Below, in pieces: positions 1 through 12,816 of a DNA stretch of 64,000 bases (positions are counted from its first letter, which is position 1; each line of letters opens with the position of its first letter). The DNA is from Azolla caroliniana (Eukaryota > Plantae > Polypodiophyta): the NCBI GenBank assembly GCA_043228905.1, contig JBHGNT010000009.1:7564001-7628000 (forward strand). Reading direction: 5' to 3'. The position numbers and the translations under genes were made by a program. The notes under the pieces are model-generated. The model did no database searches. It saw nothing but the letters and a program-made list of their open reading frames with translations, and had not been told where the DNA came from.

Positions 1-2045
1 GATGAAATTGAAAGAGAAGGATATAGAAACCTCGTGAATCCCACGAGTATAGTTTATTTATCTTATTAATATTTAAAACCCTAATTATATTTTAGAATAG
101 ATTAGAATCAATAGGAATAGATTGGAAAAGAGAGATCGAAAACCTCGTGAATCCCACGAGCATAGTTTATTTTATTAATCATTATTTTTGAACCCTAATG
201 ATTTTTCATCCATAATTTTCTCTCCCCCATTACATTGTGCTCCCCATCCTTATATAGTGATGAGAGAGTCTTAACATTCCATGCTTTTTCTCTAACTATG
301 GACTCCATGTTTTCTCTATCTATAGACTATATGCTTTTTCTAACATGCTTCTTCTAAAAGTGATCATATTTTTTCTACCCTCATGCGTTTTTATCGACTA
401 TAGTGTTCATGCACGCTTGATGTGCATGTGTAGCTTTTTTCTATTGCGTTTTTCTTCTAATCCTAGAAAATATGCGTGAATTAACCATTCTATGTGGGAT
501 ATCTATTATTTTTATACTTATGATGTGTTAGTGTAATGGTAAGTTACAACCTTCAAAGTATTAACATGGAGGTATAAGGTTCGGATCTTGCCCTATCCAT
601 GTAACATGTATTCTCATATTTTTTTTGTTTTCTTCATATTTATTAAATCGGGTACTTTATACGTTTTTCACGTAGTGTATTTCGCTTCCGGCTACCACTC
701 GCAAACAAACGGACAAGCAGAACGAACAAATCAAACGTTGGAACAATATCTTCGGTGTTTTCTAAGCTATCGCCAAGATGACTAGGCGGATATTCTCCAC
801 TTCGCTGAATTTGCGTATAATAAACTCTGTCCACTCATTGACTAAGGTTACACCATTTTATGCTTATACGGGCTATCATCCCCGGTGGTGTGTATTTGAA
901 ACTACGGAGTAACCCACAAATCCTTGTGTAGAGGATTGCTTGGAGCGGTTACGCAAGTTACAAGCGGATTTATCTACTCATTTACAACAAGCGCAACAAA
1001 CACACAAGGATTATGCGGATCGTCATCAACTTCCATCCTATTTTAACATTGGAGATCGGGTATGGTTATTATGATGACATATCAAGACTACTCGCCCATG
1101 CGATAAATTGGATTATCGACGATTGGGTCCTTTCCGTATTATCAGAAAAATTAATGATGTCGCTTTTTGTCTCGATCTACCTCTAAAACTACGGATACAT
1201 CCGGTATTTCATAGTTCTCTTCATGGTTGTTAGGTACGTTAGGTACGGTACTGATACCATACGTATTTAACGTATTAATACGGGTATAGTACCTCCCAAT
1301 TTTAAAATACGTTAAATACGTTTTTTAGTATGTTAAATACCTATAAAATTCATAAAATACGTATAGTACGTTAAATACGTTAAATACTTCTAGAATTTGA
1401 AATTTATTTACTTTCTTAAAAAATATTTGTAATATTGTAATATTGTAACCGTGTATATGCAATGTAACGAAGCATTCCATGGCTGTAGTTGCATCTTAAA
1501 AGTACTAAAGGGCAAATCGAGCAAATATGAGAATCAAAAGGATACAAATCAACAAATCAAATAGATATTTGTTAGGTAAAAAAAAACCCAAACTTGTTGG
1601 GCATTTACAACAACAGCCAAGGCCACGAAGCAAAAACTATATATCCCTCACATGATTGAGGGAATTCACATGATGAGTCATGACAAGCTAAAATTCTACA
1701 AAAAAAATCGTACTTTTGACAAAAACAACACTTTGACAAGAAGTGCAACATACCTATTGAAGAAAAGACCACATCTTTTGATTTGGAAAAAACCTTCAGA
1801 ACACATAACATCAAATATTTGAGATACACTTACATTGCATTTTGTCAAAGAAATAGAATGCATTGTAGGAACAAAATTTAGAAAAAAACCTTAACAACAC
1901 ATAACATCAGATATTTGACTTCTAAGAACACATAACTTGAACTATGTCCAAGACTCCAATGTATCAAAATGGGCTTAGATCAAAGAAAAGTAACATATGG
2001 CTATTGAGCTTAGTAATAATGTATAGAAATCAGAAATATTAGTCA

Positions 2046-4575
2046 TTAGATCTCGTCCTCATCACAATCACCATCTTCATCATTAGATTCAGTGTTAGTT
2101 GATGACATCAACATAGGTTCTTCGTTAGTAAGATCATCATAATTTGTATGAATTGCTTCTTCTATTCCATTGACATTATCTTGATCATTTGGTGGTAAAG
2201 AAGCAAATGTACTTGATCTTGTTATTCTCCTATTACAAGAAGACCGCTCATCATCTCTTCTTGGCCTCTGCCTCCGTATTCGATCAATAGGGACTCCATC
2301 GCTTGATGTTGTCGTATGTGATCTTGTCATGCTCCTTGTCCTTCTTCTCATGCTCATTGTTTCTTGAAAATAAGTTTCATAGAATTCTCTATCCATATCA
2401 TTCTCGTGGCTAATAGATGGAATATCAGGAGTCTTAGAGACATCTATCTCATTTGGATTCACCTGCAAAAAGTTTATAAATGCTTAACGAAATTTGAGGA
2501 ATGTAAATTATAAGAAGTGAATAAAACAATGCCTGCATTGGAGATGCATTCACAGTCTCAAACTTGCGAACTAGCCTTAAGTTCTCTCGCACATATACCA
2601 ATCGTTCAAGTTGTGCTACCTTTAGTCTGTTTCTATTTTTTGTATGTGCGAGAGCATGTGCATTCCAATTCCTTTCTGCTGCCCCAGAAGAGCAATCCTA
2701 ATAGAAAACAAAATATGAAATAAAAGGTAGTACACAAAAGTGCAATATTTTAGAACTTAACTATAAAATTGATCATTTTTTCAAAACTTGACACTTACTT
2801 GGGATAATATGCGGACAGCTAATGCTTGGAGCTTTGGAGTTCTTCCACCAAAATTTTCCCACCATGTGACTGGCGTCATCATAGATATCTCTTCACGTGC
2901 TAATGCATAGCTAAATGTCCCTGTACCATTTCGATATTCATGCAATTCACGAAATAAGATATCACATTCAAGTGTCGAGTACAATTTTTCTGTATAGCTC
3001 ATCCATGCATCCATTAACTCGGGGTTAATAAATGTAGCCTCCTCTCTCCACATCGGATGCAGCAAATGAGCTACAAGGTGGATCGGCCTCTTGAACCATT
3101 TCCATCGTATGTCAAATAACTTCAAAACATCTTCGTACCTAAAAGGGTATTAGTAATTACAAAATGATTTGATCTTAAAACATGAGAAAACATTTGGAGG
3201 TTTAATGCTAGGAAACCATAAAAAATTAAAATAAATATGAAATTTACTTGGATTTGTGGGGGATGTTTTCTTCCACTCCTTTTGCTAAAACATCTTTGCT
3301 TCTTCGCATAAACTCATATAACAAACCAATAGTGGATCCCTCCCTATCAGTAAGTCGTAAAACACTATACAATGGTGCCATTAGGGTCAAAACAACTTGA
3401 AACGAGGACTCAGTTGTAGGATCAAGGATGTAGTTCTTTACATTCATGGCATCTGGCTTATTGCAATCTGACCAAGACCTCCACATGTCACTCACCACTG
3501 TTTGCTCAAGAGGATACCAAACTTTGAGCAAACGTTGTATGACAAGGTACATCACACCAAACCTTGTCTTAGAAGGTCTCAAGATGGCGAGGTTACTGTG
3601 AGCAGAAAAATTTTCCTAGCATTCCTCTTCTTGCAAAAAAAACGTACGATATTATTTGCTTTCAACATAATACTTTTCATCCAAGGCAGTTGACCAATGT
3701 CCTCCAAAAGTAGATCCAAAGAATGGGTTGCACATGGAGTCCAAGATGATACGAGGACATTTACAAGTTGCCTATGAGAAACATCAACCCACCCATCTGT
3801 TAATATAGAACAACCATACTTGGGCCATAATCCTTTTACCCTTTCTAACTTTGCTTGCAAGGATATAACCTCATTTTTCAAGCCTTTCGTCCTCATGTAA
3901 TTATATGTGACTCCATTATGTTTCTCTCCAATTGTAGAGAAAGCTTCTAACATGTTCCGCCAACATGGTGTTTTTAATAGATTAAATGACAAATTTGCTT
4001 CAATGATACATCTCACCTCCATAACGTTTGCATGTTGTTTCCTTTGCATTTGTAACACATGTCCTTTACGCAACGGTTGTTGTTTCACTATAATTGCTGG
4101 TGGATATGGTTGGCGACTACCACCACCCATACATGACATGCTTTGACTTTCATCAACAAATGTAGACGAGCATGAGGTAGAAACACCTAAAAGAAAAAAA
4201 AATTCAAGATAAATAATTTACAATTATTTAAACATTAGTAATCAAGACACCTATTGTAGGCTTGTGTCTATAGTATATACCTTGTTCAGGCATGTTGAAT
4301 GAGTCGATCTCTGCTACTATATCTTCTTCTTCGCCAATTGCTTGGCTTCCACAATTACCATACAAAGTTGTAAGGTCAATCAACATTTCCTTGGGGACAT
4401 TGGTACATTTCGTTACTCCATGGCTAGGTTTTCCAATTAAATGAGCAATCATTCGTGTTGCTGACCCATGCATATGTTTGTTGCAAAATTTACAGTTCCA
4501 ACTCCTATTTCCTGTTTGACTTCTTACGACATTGAGGCAACATGTATCCCAATATTTGTTCTTAATGGGCGGCAT
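2046..4575 (-). pseudogene. Intron-containing hAT transposase pseudogene (BED finger, DUF659-type core, C-terminal dimerisation domain)
   Basis: WNCKFC...RMIAHL BED finger (4228-4575), GCSILTDGW and WTPCATHSLDLL, TRF motif, PVTWWENFG...LAVRILSQ, then AAERNW near 2690. Frameshift near 3580 and an apparent deletion between VSS and WTPC. Confidence 0.88.
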
Positions 4576-4959
4576 TTTCCTTCTTTATTTTCTACAAATC
4601 AATAAAATTGAGATATTGAAAATGGAAAATAATGCACAAAAAGAGGAGCAAGATTATATGAAAGCATTAAAGCAAATTGAAGAACTGAAAACTTTGAATA
4701 GATCAACCTTCAGGGAGGATGAGGATTATACTATAAATAAGCAACTACAGGATACTCAAGAGTATCTTTTATTCATAGAAAGCAAATACAAGAAAATGTT
4801 ACAATTAAGGACATGTATAAAAACAGAAAATTCAACTCTTTTGGAAGCTAAAAAGGAAGCAAAAATTACCATAACTTAACTAAAGAGCCTTAATGCTTAA
4901 CGTAATAACGACATGCATAAAAGCAAAAAATTCAACAAGTTTGGAAGCCAAAAGGGAAG

Positions 4960-5430
4960 TAGAATTTGGTCAAGAAATCCATCTTGAAGATGTACAGAAA
5001 GGGTTCGATGAAGATCTATTTATTCATAGTGCTTTGCTAGATATGTATGTCAAATGTGGATCTATAGTGGAAGTGCAAAATGTTTTCAACCGAATGTCCA
5101 ACCAAGATGTGGTATTATGGACAACATTGATTGCATGATATGCTGAGCATGGACCCATTGAGGATGCACTAAAAAGCTTCGAAAAGATACAAGATGAGGG
5201 GATACTTATTACTACCAAACACTTTCACCTTTTCTTGTGTCTTAAAGGAATGCTCTCATTGGAGGGTTTGTTGAGTATAGAACTACTGAGAAAGCATTAG
5301 ATTCTTTCGATAAAATGCAAGTTGATGGAATCTTTCCGAATGCATATACATTGCCCATGTCCTAAAAGTGTGCGGTTTATTAGGGCCTACAGATAAAGGA
5401 CAATCCATGTATATGGAGGCTGTATTGAAA
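4960..5430 (+). pseudogene. Degenerate pentatricopeptide-repeat (PLS-type PPR) gene fragment inside the hAT
   Basis: SALLDMYVKCGSIVEVQNVFNRMSNQDVVLWTTLIA*YAEHGPIEDALKSFEKIQDEG, followed by further broken PPR-like motifs (KALDSFDKMQVDGIFPN). Confidence 0.8.
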
Positions 5431-6079
5431 GAGTTCTAGCAAGTGCACATTTATTCATACCCATCACATTCAAAAGCAGACAACCAAAACCATGAAATTC
5501 CAAAAAATGAGTAGTTGTTAACAAAAATAAATATGCATTGCAAATGATAAAAAATGGGACATCATTAAAAAAGGACCAAGCACTTTTCCCATGACACGAA
5601 ATTGAGATCTTCAATGTTTCTGGAAACCAATGTCATTTATAGTAACATGGAAAGTAAATTAGAATGATCAATTTCTGAAATGAATTCAAATGGGATAGAA
5701 CCACTAAAATCAATAAGCAAAGGATTAGCTAATGCTACAAATTGTGAAAGATTTTGAACACATTGTCTACATGTATACATACATGTTTGAGTTTCAACAC
5801 ATGGTTCCTATAATATTTGATCTCAACACTTGCAAAGAGGAGAGTTTTATTGCATGACATCAATTACAATTGTCTACCAATTTGTTACTTGTATAGATGC
5901 ATTATTGTGGAATAGATAGATTGCTGGACACAAGCATACGTAAACTAGATCAACTAAAAATTAAATCTCCCTTGTCATTTGGTATTATCATACAACTTGA
6001 CATTGGAATACAACAAAATGGGAGGTATACTTAATCATAAAAAATAAAAGAAAGAAACATATTCACTAACCTGATTTTA

Positions 6080-6236
6080 TTTTCTTGTTGTTGTTGTTGT
6101 TCTTCTTCTTCTTCTTCTGCTTTTTCTGCTTCTTCTTCTTCTTCTAGTGCTTCTTCTTCTTCTTCTTCTTCTTCTGCTTTTTCTGTTTCTTCTTCTTCTT
6201 CTTCTTCTTCTTCTTCTACTTTTTCTTCTTCTTCTA
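6080..6236. repeat. (CTT)n/(TTG)n microsatellite, probably in the transposase 5' UTR exon
   Basis: Imperfect ttc repeats; splice-donor-like AG|GTTAGT on the minus strand at ~6070. Confidence 0.8.
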
Positions 6237-6794
6237 AGTCTATTCTGTCCGTCTTTCTTCCTTCTATTTTACTAAAGTTGTTCTTTTCTTTTGCTTTCTT
6301 TAGGGTTTTACTCACATTTTCTATAAATACGTACTATACGTATTTTATTAAAGGTACGTTAAATACCATATTAGACGAATGTATATGACATTTGAATGAA
6401 CAACTTTGACGTATGGTACGCACTATACAAATAAGAAGGTATTATACGTATTGATACGTTAAATACGCGTACGTAAACAAGAGAACTTCTCTTCTAGAAC
6501 CCTATCAGGACAACACTATCCCAGGTCGTATCAAACCACCTCCACCTCCGATCGAACTTGAAGATGGACCTAAGTACGAGGTTCCCGCCATCCTCGATTC
6601 CAAGATTGTTCGCAACAAGTTCTACTATTTGGTCGATTGGCTAGGATATAGCCCTAGCGAGTGTACTTGGGAACCAATAGAGAATGTGACCAATGCTCGT
6701 GCTCTTCTCGAAGACTTCCATCGTCAATATCTAGACAAATCGGGTCCTCAATCCAAAATGACTCATAACACTCATCGTTTTAAAGGGGAGATAG

Positions 6795-7209
6795 TGTCAT
6801 GATATGGCAAGATTCAAACCCATGACCTTATGTTACATGGGTCGAGCCCTTGCCATTAGACTATATATTGTAATACGAAAAATATTATTTTCATTTATTA
6901 TTTCACTATAGACAATTGATGTATATTTCCAAATTTCTTTGGAACATTCTAGAAACTTTAGGAGTACTCCTGAAAATACTATAAAAGGAGGCACAAGGCA
7001 TTATTTCGAACCAAATCGGTTCAACGCCAGTCTTAAGCCTCATAGCTATTCTTGTACTTACTCTTCATATAATATAATATATCTTTTGGTATCATCATTC
7101 TCTCTCTCTCTCCCCTTCTCTCATGAGTTCTACACCATTTTGTCCCTCTTAGTACTAATTCGCATATTTTAGTACTAATTCCCTCTCTGTCTTAGTACTG
7201 TTCTTGACA
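6795..7209 (+). repeat. Tcn1-like 3' LTR
   Basis: TGTCA...TGACA ends, preceded by PPT aaaggggagatag; homologous to LTRs at 41665, 45134 and 53171. Confidence 0.92.
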
Positions 7210-8641
7210 TGTCGAAGATCGACAACAAGTTGAAACCATGCATATTCTTGGGGTACTCAAAGGATGAGTTCGACTATAGGTTGTGGGATCTTGTTGATAA
7301 GAAGGTGGTGAGAAGTAGGGATATTGTGTTCATGGAAGACAAGACAATTGAGGACTGGAAACAACGGAAGTTGGAACACATGAACAATCGACCCGACACA
7401 GTCGACTGCGAGGAGACAACTAGTTGGAACATTCGAATCTGATTCGGTCAACTCAGAGAAACTGTCAAACACATATGAGTTGGCTAACCTACTGAAGTCG
7501 ATTGAGGAATACGAGTAGGAGTCGGTTGACCTTAAGAAACCAATCGACACATATGAACCCGAGTCGAATGAACAGGTGCCAAGAACATGCGAACCTGATT
7601 CGACAATGGGAGGCAAGAGATATTCACTCAGAGAAAGGAGAGCACCCACCCGATATGCAAGTCAATATGTCCTCTTGACTGATGAAGGTGAGCCAAAATG
7701 TTATGATGAAGCCATAGCTGATGAGCATGAAGACAAATGGTTGAGTGCAATGCAAGACAAAACGGATTCCTTGCATGAAAATTCCACCTACGACCTGATT
7801 GGGCTACCGGAAGGAAAGAGAGTACTAAAAAACAAATGGGTCTACAAGGTGAAAACTAGGGAAGATGACAACACACCCAAATATAAGGCCTGCATTGTGG
7901 TGAAGCGTTTTAAACAAAAAAGGGTGTTGATTTTGATGAGATCTTTGCACCAGTTGTGAAGATGACATCCACCTGAACGTTCTGTGCATTGCTGTCAACA
8001 TGGATCTGGAGATTGAATAGTTGGATGTCAAGACAACATTCTTCCATGGAGAATTAGATGAAGAAATCTATATGCATCAGCCCAAAGGCTTTGTAGAGAA
8101 AGGAAAAGAGAACTTGGTGTGTCGACTAAAGAAAAGCTTGTATGGTTTGAAACAAGCTCCACACCAATGGTACAAGAAGTTTGAATCCTTCATGCTGGAA
8201 CATGGGTTCCATAAAACACAAGCTGATCACTGAGTGTTCATAAAAGGGTATGATGAAGGCGACCTCTTGATTCTCCTATTATATGTTGATGACATGTTAA
8301 TAGTCGGTCAGGACACAAAGAAGATTGTGAGCTTGAAGAAAGCATTAGGTAAATCATTTGACCTAAAAGATCTTGGACCGGCCAAATAGATTTTGGGGAT
8401 GCACATAGTTCGAGACAGAACTAAGAAGGTCCTACGGTTGTCACAAGAGAAGTATGTGGCAAAAGTCCTAGAAAGATTTAACATGTCAGAAGCAAAGCCA
8501 ATCGGTCCTGAATTGCCGACAAACTGCAAGCTGAATGCCAAACAATGCCCAAAAGGGGAGAAGGACAAGGCCGAGATGATGAAAATACCATATGCGTTGG
8601 CTGACAGCAGTTTGATGTATGATATGGTTTGTATGAGACCC

Positions 8642-9032
8642 TGTTACGAAGGCGCTTCGGCTCTTTTGTGTGCACAACGGATTGTGGCGTGCTGGATCAT
8701 TCAATGCTCAAGATAGAAAGGGGAAGGGGAAGGAGGCTTACCTCTGCACAGTCCAAAAAGCTTCTACTTCATTACACGTAGAGCTCAATTCGCTCTCATT
8801 TATTTTCTGTTTTTCTGTTCTTACTCTCTGCACTACTCTCACTCTTCTACTTACTACTTACTACTTACAGTTTTACCTAAGTACATAAGTGACTTGTATA
8901 TGCAGCTAAATAGCTGTCAGTAGCTAAATAGCTGTTTCACCTTTATGTCCACTAGTAACTAATTAGTTAATAGCTACTATAGCTTATTTCTAAATAAGCA
9001 TCACATACGTTTGTTGAGCTTGCTTCTCAACA
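8642..9032 (-). repeat. Copia B 3' LTR
   Basis: TGTTA...CAACA; matches 23457-23757 plus 29289-29414. Confidence 0.92.
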
Positions 9033-9050
9033 CTCCCCCTCAAGCTCAAC

Positions 9051-12000
9051 TTATCCTTTCTTGAGGTCATCTTCAATCTTCTTTTCTTCATGCTTTTCAG
9101 TTACCATGCCGATGGTTATAACTCCCATCATGTCTCTAAACTGTGTATGTTTTTCCATGTTCAATCGCTTCGTAAGAATATCAGCGACTTGCTGATTTGT
9201 ACTTACATACAACATATCCACTTCTCCATCAATCACTTTTTCTCTAACAAAGTGATAATACACTTCAATGTGCTTTGTTCTTGCATGGAACACTGGATTT
9301 TTTGCGAGCTGAATGCTGCTCATATTGTCACACCAAATTGTGACAACACCATCTATATATTCTCCCAAATCAGAAAGCAATCTTCTTATCCATACCTCTT
9401 CACAGGTAGCTATTGTAGTTCCTCTATACCCAACTTCAGTACTTGACAATGTAACAATAGCTTGTTTCTTGCTACTCCATGAAATGGCTGCACTTCCCAA
9501 TGTAAACATATATCCACTTGTGGATCTTCTGTCAGTTTGGCTTCCAGCCCAATCAACATCTGTATATCCTTCCAGCTTTATGTCCAGATCAGCCCTGTAA
9601 AATAGTCCATAGTTCTGAGTAGCTTTTACATACCTCAGAATTCTTCTTATGCAGTCCAAATGTGGCTTTGTTGGCTGTTGCATAAACTGGCTGACTAATC
9701 CAACAACATAACTCAAATCAGGTCTTGTTATGGTCAAATATATGAGGCTGCCCACCATAGACCTGTACATGTTTACATCTTCTATTTTGGCTCCCAAATC
9801 AGCCCTCAATTTGCAGTTCTTATCTAGTGGTATACCAATAGGTTTGCATCCAAGCATACCATACTTCTTCAACATAAATGTTGCATACTGTTTTTGCAAC
9901 ATATATATACCACTCTAAGACCTTATCATCTCAATGCCAAGAAAGTATCTCAGCTCTCCCAAATCCTTCATCCGAAATTGCATTTCCAGATTTTTCTTCA
10001 ACTTACTTATCTCTTCCATAGAATCACCTCCAATGATTAGACCATCAACATATATCAAGATCACAACAATGCAATCATTCATCTTCTTTACATATAATGA
10101 TGGATCAACCTTTGACATTTTGAAAGCAATTTTTTTCAAAGATTCTGAAAGTTCCCTATGCCATGCTCTCAGTGCTTGTTTCAGTCCATAGAGAGCCTTT
10201 TTCAGCTTACAAACATATTCAAGATGCTTCGTATCTTCAAAACCTGGTGGTTGACAAATATACACTTCTTCTTCTAAGTTTCCATGTAAAAAGGCATTTT
10301 TACATCCATATGATGCAAAACCCATCTTCTGGCTGCACCTACAACAAGTAATGTCCTCAATGTTGCCATCTTTGCAACCGGTGCAAATGTTTCATCATAA
10401 TCAATACCTTGCATCTGAGCATATCCCTTTGCCACAAGTCTTGCTTGATGTCTACTAACATCCCCATTTGAATCATGCTTTTTTTGTAGACCCATTTGCA
10501 ACCTACCACATTTTTTCCTTTCGGTAACTTTACCAAATCCCATGTCCTATTTTCAGCCAATGCATCTATTTCTTCTTGCATTGCATTCACCCATTTTTTC
10601 TCAGCTTTTGCTTCATCAAAGCTGTTTGGATTAGGGATTTGTACCACTTTAGATATGTATGCATAATGCATAGCCATATATGTGTCATAACCAAATCTTT
10701 CAACAATCTTTTTCTCTCTATTTGATCTTCTCAGTTTCTGATTTGCATCTTTCATTGCCCTTTCCATACCAGGGATTTTCAGGGATCCTATACCAAGCTC
10801 ATCATCCAATGATGTATTTGAATCTACATCTTCCATGTTTCTAGATCCATAATCAAGCATTTCATACTCTGGCATGTTCTGTTTTCCTTTTCTATCATCA
10901 TAATTTTTGTGTCTTGCATGTTTTTCACTCCATGCATTAGATTCAGATTTTCTACCTGAGCTTCCAGATGGTCCAGTACATTCCATTGATGTGGAACTTT
11001 GCTGTCCAACATTGTTTCCATCTCTGTGGTTATCTCTTACATTTTCAGATTTATCCCTGTCTTCATTTTCACAGTCTTCATCAGTTTCTACATTTTGTTT
11101 TGGGTTGTACCAACTGCTCAACTCATCAAATATTACATCCCGACTTACCACAATCTTTTTTGTCAAAGGGTTATAACATCTGTACCCTTTTTGCTCTTCT
11201 GAATATCCAATAGAAACACATTTTTCAACTTTTGGATCAAGCTTACTTCTCACCTCAGTAGGTACATGGACATAGGCAAGTCATCCAAACACTTTCAAGT
11301 GTCCTAAGATAGGTTTCCTTCCATGGAAACAGTCTTCAGGAGTTACCTCATGTACTCCAGATGTTATACATCTATTTAGAATGTAGTTTGACGTGTTTAC
11401 AGCTTCAGCCCAATAATACAATGGCATATTTTTCTCTGTCATTAATGCCCTTGCTATGTTCACCAAAGTTCTGTTTTTTCTCTTAGCAACTCCATTTTGC
11501 TGTGGAGTATATCTACATTTGAACTGTCTCCTTATTCCTTGATTACATAGAAAATCAGAAAACTCATTTGAGAAGTACTCTCCTCCTCCATCAGATCTTA
11601 AGCATTTTATTCTAGTTCCAGCCTGTTTTTCTACCATACATTTGAACTTACGAAAGCAATCAAATACTTCACTTTTTTCTTTCATGAAGTACACCCATGT
11701 TTTCCTTGAGCAATCATCAATAAATGTTACATAAAATCTACAGCCACCAATAGATGCATTTTTTGTTGGTCCCCATACATCCGCATGTACCAAATCCAAC
11801 AGATTTTTACTTACATCTCTTTCATGAGGGAAAGGCAACCTGTTTTGCTTTCCATATTGACATGCTTCACATATTTTTCCCATTTCACAGTCTTTGAGCT
11901 TAGCCAGTCCAGCCATTGCATCTTTCCTCAACATATTTTTCAATGTTTGCATACTTATGTGACCAATTCTTTTATGCCACATTTCCATTTCTGAGATTAC

Positions 12001-12328
12001 ACTCATTCCTTCTGTAAACATGGTTGTAATATTCCTAGGCATATCCACATCTAACACAAACATCCTTCCTTCTCGTTTTCCTTTTGCAATGAGCTTTCCA
12101 TTTTTTTCTATGAAGCATCCACTTTGCTTAAACTTCACTTGCATTCCTTGCTCTACTATCTGTCCAACATAAATCAGATTTTTTGCAAGGTTTGGAACAT
12201 GCATCACATTCAGCATATACTTTGTTTTTCCTTTTTCTTCCCACAATGGGATATCTCCAATATGCTCTATTTGGTGAGCAGTATTATCACCTATCTGTAC
12301 ATAACTAGGAATCTCTGGTTCTCTTAAC
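9051..12328 (-). pseudogene. Copia B pol (protease C-terminal part, GAG-pre-integrase, integrase, RT, RNase H), frameshifted
   Basis: WHKRIGH...CEACQYGK, LRSDGGGEY, ARLVAKGY, IYVDG, YTDVDWAG, HARTKHIE. Confidence 0.92.
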
Positions 12329-12762
12329 TGTTAACTCTTAGGGCCGGACAATGGCCTAACACAGGGTGTCTACCGGAGACACTTCACCAAAGGGTGTTAC
12401 AGCAACCGGATTAGACTTCAACGCTTAATCCGACTTAATTAAGTTACTTATTAGGATCTTCTTTCATAACACGCGTAAGATATAACAATTACGACAAAAC
12501 GGCAATTAACACAGAGAGATAACAATGCTTAAGCTTTCATTAATTAACCGCTAACTATTACATTGTATCCGGGCCTTTAAATAGGTTTCCGGTCTATATT
12601 ACAAAACGGTGTCATCCGCACCTGTTCGGGATCGGTCCGGATTCGGAATGGCATACCGTTTCCGGTCCGTCCGTCCACACTCCTAGCTTAATTACAACCA
12701 CATTCCTACTACTTAATTTACTCTTTGTTTCCCACTCTGGACTCCTTTGCCGGCCGGTAACA
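12329..12762 (-). repeat. Gypsy family 1 3' LTR
   Basis: TGTTA...TAACA; direct repeat of 21816-22249 with roughly 19 substitutions counted by eye. Confidence 0.95.
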
Positions 12763-12764
12763 CA

Positions 12765-12781
12765 TGGCACGCCCGTGGGAC
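12765..12781 (-). promoter_or_regulatory. tRNA-Arg 3'-end-like 17-mer (inverted PBS) at the PPT position
   Basis: The element sense strand reads gtcccacgggcgtgcca-tg-[LTR] and there is no purine run. The same 17-mer occurs at 47399-47415. Confidence 0.8.
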
Positions 12782-12816
12782 AGTACCTTGTACGTCGAAT
12801 CCACAACCGACCCTTG

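Larger units (their letters stand above)
1222..6486 (-). mobile_element. Defective hAT-superfamily DNA transposon (~5.3 kb)
   Basis: Splits the chromovirus integrase. 8-bp target gttctctt at 1214-1221, with ttctctt at 6487-6493. Left terminus catggttgttaggtacg; damaged right terminus cgtacgtaaacaa. Dense subterminal TACGT/AAATAC motifs at ~1230-1390 and ~6325-6475. Internal transposase. Confidence 0.88.
685..7209 (+). mobile_element. 5'-truncated Tcn1-like chromovirus (Ty3/gypsy) remnant: integrase C-terminus, chromodomain, PPT and 3' LTR; interrupted by a hAT at 1222-6486
   Basis: [23 protein letters not shown] integrase at ~685-1221 resumes at ~6494 (LEPYQD...YEVPAILDSK...YLVDWLGYSPSECTWEP chromodomain). 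It is collinear with the copies at 40295-41653 and 45531-46500. Several stop codons. Confidence 0.9.

Noticed and set aside
1-660. ~113-bp-period duplication (aaacctcgtgaatcccacgag) and AT-rich sequence
   Set aside because: Probably part of a repeat cut by the window edge; cannot be classified.
6031-6315. Poly-Glu ORF as a protein or first coding exon of the transposase
   Set aside because: It is a (GAA)n microsatellite with a GTG start; splicing to the 4591 acceptor hits an immediate TAA.
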